A DNA stretch of 63,896 nt, counting the filler, from Octopus bimaculoides (taxonomy: Eukaryota), in NCBI RefSeq assembly GCF_001194135.2. It is 5 parts of 4 records of this genome, joined end to end, with 100 filler letters (N's around TTAATTAATTAA, not from the genome) between each part and the next. Parts side by side here need not be neighbours in the genome. Positions count along the whole stretch, not along the records: positions 1 to 22,736 come from NC_068999.1; 4 more parts are not named here. One strand, 5' to 3'. The notes below the pieces were generated by a model, which did not search any database, was not told the DNA's origin, and saw only the letters and a program-made list of their open reading frames with translations. This document shows positions 1 to 11,420 of this stretch, piece by piece (the stretch's first letter is position 1; each line of letters begins with the position of its first letter). The translations under genes and the position numbers were made by a program.

Positions 1-149
1 CACACACATGAATATATTTAAATATTTGTTGTTTTTTTTGCTTATTTCAATTAATGAACTATAAATATGCTGGGACTGAGACTTGGTTATGTATACAAAT
101 ACACACACGCACTCACACACACACACACACACACGTGTGTGTGTGTGTG

Positions 150-830
150 AGATGAATATTCTCGCTGCAGTGACTCATGAGAATGATAGACGTATTTTGC
201 TCTTGTTCGTTAATCCCGTGCAAGATGCCCTCTATAATGTTTATTTACTAGAAGATATACTTGAGTCCTTCCTGCTCATACTCTTAAGGACCGAGATCCT
301 TCTGCTCATACTCTTAAACACCGAATCCGGATGGTTGGACCAGTTGTTAACGTTGGGGAGCTCCTCACTAGGGATGTGGTAAAGTCTCTATGAGCTTGTA
401 ACTAAATTTAGTCTTATATCTAGGAAGCTAACTATGATTAAGTTGGTTTCTATTGAAATATCAAGCCCAAATACCATATAATTTGGCATTATGTCTTTGT
501 TTATTTAAGGTGTCTCCGGTGACACATAACTAATTCACTTTCCCTGTACAAGCCAAACATCGCCGGTGAAAACGTCTTACGCAGGGCACCCAACAAGTAA
601 GCCGAATGTGTTTTCAGATAATGGCATTGTCAAACGATCCCTTTCCTATGTCAAGGAACCATTTGAGTCGGATTAGTTTACCCAGGCTGCATCCTTATCA
701 TAGAGAAGCGTCTTTCAGTACCTTCAGTATCTGTAAAGTCTTTGCGTAAATATACTTTATAGAGAAATTTACATCTCGCTCACATGGGCGGGAGAACTTT
801 CTAAAATACTGGTCCAAGCATTCAGAATGG
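150..830 (-). mobile_element. Penelope-like retroelement (PLE) reverse transcriptase remnant, with frameshifts and stops
   Basis: Manual minus-strand translation gives, in order, LLYDKDAAWV, FLDIGKGSFDNA (cf. FDVTMGSFDGAE), FGLYRESELV (cf. GLYRDDGL), FGLDISIETNLIIVSFLDIRLNL (cf. ITIETNLKIVNFLDVTL) and NNWSNHPDSVFKSMSRRIS (cf. SNHPPSIIKQ). These resemble PLE RT palm and thumb motifs. Confidence 0.8.
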
Positions 831-1465
831 AGTCGACACGAGCGATCTCTCTTTCCCTATTGTTTCTCGTAGTCGACTCTCCGTATTAATCATTCATCCA
901 CTTAATATTTCCATCCCACATGCATTATTCTTTCCTCCTTACATCTATCTAACCCCCTGTCGTTCCCTTTTCTCTCTATCTTATTATCTCCTTTCAACTT
1001 ACAATTTTGTCACTGTCTACTCTCTCTTTACTTAGCTAGATTTCGTAAATATTCCTTCACATGGCAAGAGAAATAACTATTAGCATTTTGTGTACGAGTT
1101 ACCGCTATCAACACTTAATGACCATATATTTTTCTTTACAAAAATATCATTTGTTAATTTCTCCACACGTTTCGTAATCTTCAGCCTAAGGTCATGACGT
1201 GCGCATCTGATGAGTGGAGAATATCAGCTTTACGCGAGACTCAGTGTCATGGCAATTGTTTTTACTATGGTAGGCATTAAGCTATGTTATATATTCTCTC
1301 AATATTCATATAATTCAGTGCCGTTTGTTTTGACTAAGGACCATAAAGAATTATATATATATATACTTACACAGATACATACAAATTTACATAATACGTA
1401 CACATTCATATGCACAACACATGCACTCACACACAAACACACACACACACACACACACATAAACT

Positions 1466-1680
1466 TACTCTCCCTCCCTCTCTCTCTTTCTCCCTCTCTC
1501 TCGTTCTCCCTCTCTCTCTTTCTCCCTCTCTCTCTTTCTCCCTCTCTCTCTTTCTCCCTCTCTCTCTTTCTCCCTCTCTCTCTTTCTCCCTCTCTCTCTT
1601 TCTCCCTCTCTCTCTTTCTCCCTCTCTCTCTCTGTCTCCCTCTCTCTCTGTCTCCCTCTCTCTCTCTTTCTCCCTGTCTC
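1466..1680. repeat. Pyrimidine-rich minisatellite, (CTCCCTCTCTCTCTTT)-like units
   Basis: Direct inspection. It explains the spurious ERERGRK and LSLSP ORFs. Confidence 0.9.
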
Positions 1681-1705
1681 CCACATACAAACATATATAC
1701 ACACA

Positions 1706-1803
1706 CAGGGTGATTTTTTTTTATAAGAAACAGTTAAATAAAAAAAAACTGTTTCTTATAAAAAAAATAAATTCTCATGTATGGTGACTTTTGAATCACC
1801 CTG
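1706..1803. mobile_element. ~100 bp Tc1/mariner-derived MITE or internal deletion derivative
   Basis: Termini CAGGGTGATT (1706) and CTTTTGAATCACCCTG-TA (1788-1805). The right end matches the end of the transposase-bearing element at 37403-37420 (CTTTTCAATCACCTTG-TA). Confidence 0.7.
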
Positions 1804-1958
1804 TATATGTACGTATTCATACATATTTGTTTAAGATGGACAGATATTTATATAATTAGTGAATGTTAATGTATGTGCTTATATGCATATTAATTTGTAT
1901 GCCTGCATGTCACAACTTCGTCACACGCACACACACACACACACACACACAATACATG

Positions 1959-1990
<32 letters not shown>

Positions 1991-2186
1991 TGTATGTATG
2001 TATGCATGTATGCAAGTATATGAAGACTGTCTACTCGTTAGACAAGCATGACCATTGTTGCCAGGTAAGCGTTTTAAATCCAGTGCAGCTTCCACAGCAC
2101 CACAAGGACTCTCACCAGCAGTGTCAAGAAGTCCAGAGATATATCCGACTCAATGGAGCTACTATTTCATATACGAGATACAAAAA

Positions 2187-2244
<58 letters not shown>

Positions 2245-2266
2245 GTATATGTATATAGATGTGCAC

Positions 2267-2367
<101 letters not shown>

Positions 2368-2610
2368 AAGGTGTGGCTATGCAGTAAGAGGTTTATATCC
2401 AAACCACATGGTTCTTGGTTCAGTCCTATACGTGTGTGTGTGTGTGTGTGTGTGTGTGCCTTTACGTCAGTGTTTGTCTTCCACCACCGCTTGGCAACGG
2501 GTATTGCTGTGTTTACATTCTTGTAAAATAGCGGTTCGGCGATAAGGACCGCTACAATAAGTTACAGGTTTTAAAAGAAGTACTGGGGGCCGGTGCCTTC
2601 GACTAAAATT
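2368..2610 (+). mobile_element. SINE family A, internally deleted copy
   Basis: Head GTGTGGCTATGCAGTAAG..GGTTCAGTCC, then (TG)n, then tail GCGGTTCGGC..CGACTAAAA, as in the intact copy at 35310. Confidence 0.75.
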
Positions 2611-2886
2611 GTAAGCGAGTATCTTATGCTTCATCAGAGCCTCAGACACGAAGTGCAATTTATATGGGAAGTGACTCTGATAAAACTGAAAGGTGTTCGT
2701 CAGGCACTCAACTACGAGTCTACCGCATCTCATAGCGGAAACAGCTGTAAGCTAATGAAGTTCAATACTCGATTAACGCTTCGTTCTGAAGCATACATAT
2801 ATTGAGTTCTACGCCAGGTTATTAGTATCGTAATGCCTAAGCAATATACATGCATACATACTTGCATACATACACATATGTATATG

Positions 2887-2967
<81 letters not shown>

Positions 2968-3645
2968 GTATTTATATGCACATCGGTATATAGGTTTATG
3001 TTTGTACACATCCATCCATTAATATAACGGTTATATAGGAGACATCTATCTCCGCTGAATATAATTAAGACGCATCGTACCCAGCTGCCAAGCACCTCAG
3101 CCGGAATGAGGAAATCAAACAGGTGCTGCTGTACAGAGATGTTGAGAGAACAACATTGGAGATGATCTTTACTACTCTAACATCCCGGTTTCTACACCTC
3201 ATCTGTTCCGTCTCCTCCTTCCATCGTCACCTTTGCTCCTCACTTAGCCAATCAAAATATACAATATCATTAGGTTACCTGAATTCAAGGTTAAGTGTGA
3301 CTGACACACGGGTTGTGTTTCAGAGTTGTCAAACCTACTTCCGGTTCATATCCATATCCATATCCATATATATATATATATNNNNNNNNNNNNNNNNNNN
3401 NNNNNNNNNNNNNNNNNNNNNNNNNNNNNNNNNNNNNNNNNNNNNNNNNNNNNNNNNNNNNNNNNNNNNNNNNNNNATGTATATATATATATAGAGAGAG
3501 AGAGATATATATACATACATACACATATACATACATACATACATATATATATATACACGCATATATGCACACAAGCATACATACATAATGTACATACACA
3601 CACATAAGTACGTATATCTATCTACCTATCTATACGAATATATAC

Positions 3646-3676
<31 letters not shown>

Positions 3677-3677
3677 A

Positions 3678-3709
<32 letters not shown>

Positions 3710-4398
3710 GTGTATGTATATGCATATACACATTTGTGTCTGGGGAGAGTTATTCTGTTCTAATGCCTTATTAATTAATACACTCATCAGTTCGATTTCC
3801 ATCCATTCATTTACTTATTTATTTTAAAATTTTCGTTTGTTCTTGCAACCTCTTCAATAATTGTTGTCTCTGTCCGTTAGATATATATGTAGATAGATAT
3901 GTATACATATATATATATGTATACATGTAAATATACATATATATACATTTATTTATATACATATACATACGTATATATATTTCATTGTCCATTTTTTCCT
4001 GTCTTGGTTTGTGTTTGCCACCTTGGAATCCTCTGTGTAGTGGGTTGATCCACTACTCAGGAAGAGACTATTCTAGAGTACGTTCTGTCTTGTCTTCGAA
4101 ACGTCTAGATAGAATAGAGACAGCTGATGAAGGGATATTCCAAGTGGCTTTCCGTTTTCCTATGTGTTCGTTCCGTTGTCTGTAGTTTATTGTTCTAACG
4201 TCCTGTACCCTGATATGCATGTATATACACATGTAGATGTAAGTATGTACATATATGTGTGTATGCATGTATATATATTCTTTGTCTATATATATATATA
4301 TATACATCAAATATACATTTACCTACACATACATGTATGTGTATATTTATATATATATATGTGTGTGTGCATGCGTGCGTGTGCATGTGTGTGTGTGT

Positions 4399-4430
<32 letters not shown>

Positions 4431-4893
4431 ATGCATACATGCATTTTGAAAAGAGTCTTTTAAACATTGTTGAAAGTATCGTTTTTGCTAAATTTAATAA
4501 TTTTATTACTGATGGCGTTAATAAAACTGTTGGCTAACTGAAACTGTTTTACGCAACTAGGAACGACGAATTAATGACGAAAGCCTTTATGGGGTTCATC
4601 GAACATCCCAAATAGCAACCAAATATTCCACAAATCGCATTGAACCAGTATAAATGAAAAAGATTATGCTGGATAATATAAAACAGAATACATACCTTTA
4701 AACTAAACAGAATGGTCACCGTTGGAATGCCTTTGGCATAAGTTACTTCATTAGAAGCCGACTTGCTTATTTGTGAAATTTCAAATATAACAGCAAGTAT
4801 AATGAAGGAGAGCTAATAAGAGAGCTTCGGAACGGATTGTTGCAATGGCGAGATATATTAATCGACTTGAAATCACACTTAGAATCTTAAACT

Positions 4894-5230
4894 AGGTGCA
4901 GGCGTGACTGTGTGGCTAGAAGCTTTTTTCCCAGCCACATGGATCCTGGTTCAGTTCCACTTCGTAGCGCGTTGGGAAGAGTGTCTCCTATTATAGCCGT
5001 GGGCCGGCCAAAACCTTGTGAGTTGTTTTGGTGAATGAAGCCCGTTATATATGTGTATGTATGTGTGTGTGGTGTGTGTTTGTGTTTGTGTAAGTCCACC
5101 ACCACCATTTGACAATCGGTGTTTGTACGTCCCCGTAACGTAGCGGTTTGGCAACAAGATACCGATAGAAGAAATACAAGGCTTTAAAACAAACAAATAA
5201 GCACTGGGATCGATTCATTCGACTAAAAGG
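4894..5230 (+). mobile_element. SINE family A
   Basis: AGGTGCAGGCGTGACTGTGTGG head with B-box-like GGTTCAGTTCC, internal (TG)n, and tail GCGGTTTGGCAAC..CGACTAAAAGG. Confidence 0.85.
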
Positions 5231-6460
5231 TTTTGGATTTGGTTTGCTAGATTTTTTATGTGAGTTGAAGTGTATTTTGATATATATATGATGACAAAGA
5301 CAATTTTCACAACGAAGTAGACACAGTGATGTCATTCGGCACATTGCCTGATGAAGGTCACTGCTAGCTCTCACTGTGCAGGCAGCCGTGTGCTGCCATT
5401 TGTTGGCGCTCTACATATCTAGTCCGGGAACTTTTTGATACCTCTTCGTATATATNNNNNNNNNNNNNNNNNNNNNNNNNNNNNNNNNNNNNNNNNNNNN
5501 NNNNNNNNNNNNNNNNNNNNNNNNNNNNNNNNNNNNNNNNNNNNNNNNNNNNNNNNNNNNNNNNNNNNNNNNNNNNNNNNNNNNNNNNNNNNNNNNNNNN
5601 NNNNNNNNNNNNNNNNNNNNNNNNNNNNNNNNNNNNNNNNNNNNNNNNNNGAAGATTTTTATTTAACTTTTAATACTCTCTCTTTCTCACACACACACTC
5701 TCTTTCTCTCTCTCTCTCACACATACACACACACACTCTCTCTCTCTTTTTCTCTCTCTCTTTTTCTCTCTCTCTTTCTCTCTCTCTCTCTTTCTCTCTC
5801 TCCCCCTCCCCTCTCTCTCTCCCTCTCTCTCTCCCTCTCTCTCTCCCTCTCTCTCTCAAACGTTTTACATTAGATTTTCATGACTATGAAACATGGAGCA
5901 ACATAGCAAATTATCTTTTTCTGTCCGTTGCTGTTAAAAATCGTCTGTTTTTATAGAGAGAATGTGGCTCAGATCACAATCAGCGAACAAACAGTGCTAG
6001 GTTGAAGACGTTCGCGTGGTGAGATAAGGGAATTGTGTTCGTCTGTTGAGGACATGTGACCGGCGCGTGAGTGGATGTGTCATATAATAATTAGAACAAG
6101 AGACACGAAAGATGAACATCACGTCCAAATTTAGAACTGTTTACGCCTTTTGGTCGTGTTCAGTAGCTGTGCCAGCATCTATATTATCTAGCCAAGGAGG
6201 TGTGAATGTTTGTGTTATATAACCTGCTTTAGTGAAAGATTCAGTCTTTCTTGTCAAAATGTAGTCAAAAATGGCCCTAAAATCGGACGCTACTTCCCCC
6301 TTTCATTTGTCTATAACTTATTAGAGATTATCAGGTATGGTTATAAATGACAAATTCTGTTTAGAAATACAAAGAATTTGAGTCTGTAAAACTTAATGGT
6401 TTTTGTTTGTTTGTTTTCTTCTTTTCGACTATTTTTTTTTTTTACGAATAGAATGCTTGA

Positions 6461-7047
6461 CACAGGCGTGTCTGTGAGGTAAGACGTTTGCTTCCTAAGC
6501 ACATGGTTCTGGGTTCAGCCACACTGCTTAGCACCTTGGGCAAGTGTCTTCTACTATAGACGCAGGCCGACTAACGCGTTGTGGGTGGATTTGGTAGACA
6601 GAAACTGAAAGAAGCTCGTCGCCTATATATATATACTTATATATATATATATATATGAGTGTGTGTGTGTATGTGTGTGTGTATGTGTGTGTGTGTGTTT
6701 GTGTGTGTGGGAGGAGTAATTTATCCAGTATTTCTGCTGTTCTAACGATAATTCTGAGTTCGAAAAAATATCTAAATTGTATCGTTCAATATATATATAT
6801 GTATGTATATATATATATATATCTGCGTGTATGTCCTTGTGTCTCTGTTTGTCCCTCATTGTCGCATGGCAACTGGTTTTGGAGTGTTTACGTTCACGTA
6901 ACTTAACAGTTCGGCATTGAAACCGATAGAATAAGTACTAGGCTTAAGAATAAGTCCTGGAGTCGAAATGTATCCACAAAAACATTTCAAGGTGGTGCAT
7001 CAGCATGACCGCAGTCAAATGTCTGAAACAAGTAAAAGGATAAAAGA
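6461..7047 (+). mobile_element. SINE family A, near full length, with extra internal sequence
   Basis: Head CAGGCGTGTCTGTGAGGTAAG..GGGTTCAGCC, GGATTTGGTAGACAGAAACTGAAAGAAGC, and tail CAGCATGACCGCAGTCAAATGTCTGAAACAAGTAAAAG. Confidence 0.85.
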
Positions 7048-7595
7048 CTATATACATATATGTATATCTGTATTTATATCTATATACACACACACATTTA
7101 CAAGCACATTTACAACTGTTCACCCATCAATAACTATAAATTCATAAAATCTATGAAATACATAGATCCAATCACAATAATTAAATTGTTTCATAAGGAA
7201 TTTCTTTTAAATTTCATAAATAAATATAATAATTTAATTGAATTTGTTTTTCAATATTTGCTCCACCCATATAAGAAATGAACCTAGAATAATTAACTCT
7301 CCAGATGACCTCGATGGGTGCAAATGTTCAGAAAGTTCAACCCAGAAGAAAGTCATTAAGTAAATTGGTTTGTTTTTACGGAAATTCGTTTCAAGGCTGG
7401 GTGTTAGCATAAGGAGTGTGAAGTCAGTTAAGGTCGCACTTACTAATTAGGGTTGAACAAACTTCCTCTATTCACAAATAACAATATCTGGACCCTTGCT
7501 TGTCCTTTTTAATATATTACTGATTGGATTATAACAGGTTAATATCTTCCGTACACTAATATATGTATATAATGTATATATTACATACATACATG

Positions 7596-7673
<78 letters not shown>

Positions 7674-8375
7674 NNNNNNNNNNNNNNNNNNNNNNNNNNN
7701 NNNNNNNNNNNNNNNNNNNNNNNNNNNNNNNNNNNNNNNNNNNNNNNNNNNNNNNNNNNNNNNNNNNNNNNNNNNNNNNNNNNNNNNNNNNNNNNNNNNN
7801 NNNNNNNNNNNNNNNNNNNNNNNNNNNNNNNNNNNNNNNNNNNNNNNNNNNNNNNNNNNNNNNNNNNNNNNNNNNNNNNNNNNNNNNNNNNNNNNNNNNN
7901 NNNNNNNNNNNNNNNNNNNNNNNNNNNNNNNNNNNNNNNNNNNNNNNNNNNNNNNNNNNNNNNNNNNNNNNNNNNNNNNNNNNNNNNNNNNNNNNNNNNN
8001 NNNNNNNNNNNNNNNNNNNNNNNNNNNNNNNNNNNNNNNNNNNNNNNNNNNNNNNNNNNNNNNNNNNNNNNNNNNNNNNNNNNNNNNNNNNNNNNNNNNN
8101 NNNNNNNNNNNNNNNNNNNNNNNNNNNNNNNNNNNNNNNNNNNNNNNNNNNNNNNNNNNNNNNNNNNNNNNNNNNNNNNNNNNNNNNNNNNNNNNNNNNN
8201 NNNNNNNNNNNNNNNNNNNNNNNNNNNNNNNNNNNNNNNNNNNNNNNNNNNNNNNNNNNNNNNNNNNNNNNNNNNNNNNNNNNNNNNNNNNNNNNNNNNN
8301 NNNNNNNNNNNNNNNNNNNNNNNNNNNNNNNNNNNNNNNNNNNNNNNNNNNNNNNNNNNNNNNNNNNNNNNNNNT

Positions 8376-8728
8376 ATGACGGTCTTCTTCCAGTTTTCAT
8401 TTACTCCCAAGACTATAGTATAAGGCACGCAGTGGGACTGAACCCAGAACCATAGGGATGAGAAGCAAACTTCTTACCACACAGCGACGTCTGTATGCAT
8501 ATATATATTCTTTATTACTCTGTTATTCTTTTACTTGTTCCAATCATTTGACTGCGGCCATGTAGGAGCACCACCTTAGGTCGAGCTCATCGACCCCAGG
8601 ACTTATTCTTTGTAAGCCTGGTACTTATTCTATGGGTATCTTTTGTCGAACCGCTAAGTTACAGGAAGTAAATACACCAACATCGGTTCTCAAACGAAGA
8701 TGGGTGTATAAACACAGACACACAAATA
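8376..8728 (-). mobile_element. Two SINE family A fragments (head 8376-8495, tail 8506-8728)
   Basis: Reverse complements of the family A head (GCAGTGGGACTGAACCC..CTTACCACACAGC) and tail (TTTTACTTGTTCCAATCATTTGACTGCGGCCATG..CGAACCGCTAAGTTAC). Confidence 0.8.
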
Positions 8729-8732
8729 CCTT

Positions 8733-9590
8733 GGTTTCTGCCGGGGTCTCTTTCCATTTACAAGTTCCTCATTTAGCATCTGCTTAGGGATCCTGCTATC
8801 CTTCATTCTGATATGGCCAGTCCAACGTAACCGTTACTTGCGCACCATCACCTCAATACTTAAGATATCAGCTGCCCTCAGGACCTGTGTGTCTGGAGTT
8901 TTTAAGGTCCAGCCAACATTCACAATGTTTCTGAGACATCTCTGATGAAAGTGTTCACAGACCCTTACATGACGTTTGTAAAGGGTCCATGTCTCACATG
9001 GGTAAAGGGCCAATGTCAGTACACATGCACGGTACACAGCAATTTTTGTTTGCTTTCTGATACCATGCTGGGACCAGACACGAGACTGAAGAGACCGGAA
9101 GGAATCAGTTGCTCTCTGCAGCCTGAAAGATATTTCATCATCCAGGGTGCAAGAACGGCTAAGTGTGCTTCCCAGGTAGACAAACTACTTTCAGAATTGT
9201 TCCTTCAACCAAGTTAGCTGGTTCCACATATGGACTTCCTGGTGCAGGCTGGAACATTACAACAGTCTTGTCCAGGCTAATGATGAGTCCAAATACCTTG
9301 CAAGAAGCAGAAATATGATTCATAAGTATTTGCATGTCATCCATTGTATGAGCGACCAAGTCACAGTCATCTGCATAAAGAAGATCACGAATAAGAGACT
9401 GGAAAACTTCTGAATTGGCAGCAAATCAGCGCAGATTAAAGAGGCGGCCAGAAGATCGATAGCTGACATATATTCCCAGATGTCACCCTGCTTGACACTA
9501 TTCTCTATAGGAATGGGGCCCGCCATCCCACCACCAACATTGACACAAGCGTCTACCCCATCATGAATTGATTTAATTTTAGATGCAAAG
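8733..9590 (-). mobile_element. RTE-clade LINE reverse transcriptase and C-terminal remnant
   Basis: Minus-strand peptides include GPIPIENSVKQGD, LFADDCDLVAHTMDDMQILMNHISASCKVFGLIISLDKTVVM, YRACVLTLALYPCETWTLYKRH..FHQRCLRNI and RWTGHIRMKDSRIPKQMLNEELVNGKRPRQKP. These are typical RTE motifs, here frameshifted. Confidence 0.92.
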
Positions 9591-10339
9591 TATATATATA
9601 TGTATATNNNNNNNNNNNNNNNNNNNNNNNNNNNNNNNNNNNNNNNNNNNNNNNNNNNNNNNNNNNNNNNNNNNNNNNNNNNNNNNNNNNNNNNNNNNNN
9701 NNNNNNNNNNNNNNNNNNNNNNNNNNNNNNNNNNNNNNNNNNNNNNNNNNNNNNNNNNNNNNNNNNNNNNNNNNNNNNNNNNNNNNNNNNNNNNNNNNNN
9801 NNNNNNNNNNNNNNNNNNNNNNNNNNNNNNNNNNNNNNNNNNNNNNNNNNNNNNNNNNNNNNNNNNNNNNNNNNNNNNNNNNNNNNNNNNNNNNNNNNNN
9901 NNNNNNNNNNNNNNNNNNNNNNNNNNNNNNNNNNNNNNNNNNNNNNNNNNNNNNNNNNNNNNNNNNNNNNNNNNNNNNNNNNNNNNNNNNNNNNNNNNNN
10001 NNNNNNNNNNNNNNNNNNNNNNNNNNNNNNNNNNNNNNNNNNNNNNNNNNNNNNNNNNNNNNNNNNNNNNNNNNNNNNNNNNNNNNNNNNNNNNNNNNNN
10101 NNNNNNNNNNNNNNNNNNNNNNNNNNNNNNNNNNNNNNNNNNNNNNNNNNNNNNNNNNNNNNNNNNNNNNNNNNNNNNNNNNNNNNNNNNNNNNNNNNNN
10201 NNNNNNNNNNNNNNNNNNNNNNNNNNNNNNNNNNNNNNNNNNNNNNNNNNNNNNNNNNNNNNNNNNNNNNNNNNNNNNNNNNNNNNNNNNNNNNNNNNNN
10301 NNNNNNNNNNACTACATGCCTTGAAAAAAAAAAATAATA

Positions 10340-10377
<38 letters not shown>

Positions 10378-10436
10378 CAACAACGATATCGAGAAAATAC
10401 CTTAGGAATGAGTACCCAGGTTCGAAGTTTCCCCCA

Positions 10437-10482
10437 GACACCTGATGAAGGCTGGAGGGTATATCAGCCGAAACGTTGTGTT
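10437..10482 (+). ncRNA. Minimal type I hammerhead ribozyme motif
   Basis: GACAC-CTGATGA-a-GGCTG-gagggtatat-CAGCC-GAAAC-GTT-GTGTT. Helix I is GACAC/GTGTT, the core is CUGAUGA and GAAA, helix II is GGCTG/CAGCC, helix III is a palindromic ACGT, and the cleavage triplet is GUU. Confidence 0.7.
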
Positions 10483-10876
10483 AACAATTTTGTAGTATTG
10501 ATATTAAATCCATTAACGTTTCAGGACTTTCTAGGTCTCTCGTTTAAATGAATCGATGGTAGTTGCACAAAAATTGCCACCTTGAGGACAAATATCCGTC
10601 AAATGTAAATAATGTAAATAATATGGTTTCTTTACCTGATAACTTTTACAGTCCTGTGTTTATATACAGGTGAAATGAAGTGTTTTGTGCAAGAACATAA
10701 TGCATCGCCCGGTACAAAATTGAAAGTACAATCTTACATTTATGAATGCAACATCATAAACACTAAGCCGTGTACCTCCGCATTCATATTCATATACATA
10801 CATACATACATACATACATACATACATACATGGAGGCAGGTATATATGATGCTTCAGGGACAGGTAGTATCTCTAT

Positions 10877-11420
10877 GAGATACTACCTGCCCTTGAGGCA
10901 TGATATAGCTGCAAAGACTATTTACAATGCCATCCGCAGGAAGGACTGCCCTGACATATACATCAAAGGCATCTTAGAACCAGCAGGCATTCTTGCCTTT
11001 AAAAATAAGGAATACTGGTGGAACAACCCAATAAAAACAAACATCGATTCGGTGCAAACACAAGCCTGATATTGTTTTGTGGGACAGGGAACAAAAGTCA
11101 TGGACTCTTGTAGAGGTCAGCTGCTCAGCAGATGTGTATTTACAACCAAAAGTTCAGGAAAAAGAGAACATTTATGGCGAATTAATGTGGAGCTAATACC
11201 TCTTGTATCCTGATTATGAATTCATATTTGTACCTCTCATCATAGGTGCATTAGGTTATGTACCAACAAATTTCATTCAATTTCATGGAAAAGGAGTAAA
11301 AGAAACTGACACGGATTCTCCATATCCAATCTATTAGTGGCACAGTGAAGATTTGTACGACATTCCAAAAATTCTTCTGATGAAATTCTTACACTTGAGC
11401 GTAGGCATCGACAGGGTTAA
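10877..11420 (+). mobile_element. 5'-truncated non-LTR retrotransposon with restriction-like endonuclease (R4/Dong/CRE-type), 3' end
   Basis: YYLPLRHDIAAKTIY (RHD motif), EYWWNNPIKT, KHKPDIVLWD..LVEVSC (PD..E), KVQEKENIYGEL and FVPLIIGALG, with a stop at about 11378. Confidence 0.85.

Noticed and set aside
5348-5354. Isolated CTGATGA motifs (also about 2633 minus, 8942, 11377, 14583)
   Set aside because: No helix II followed by GAAAC and NUH; expected by chance or lying within LINE coding sequence.
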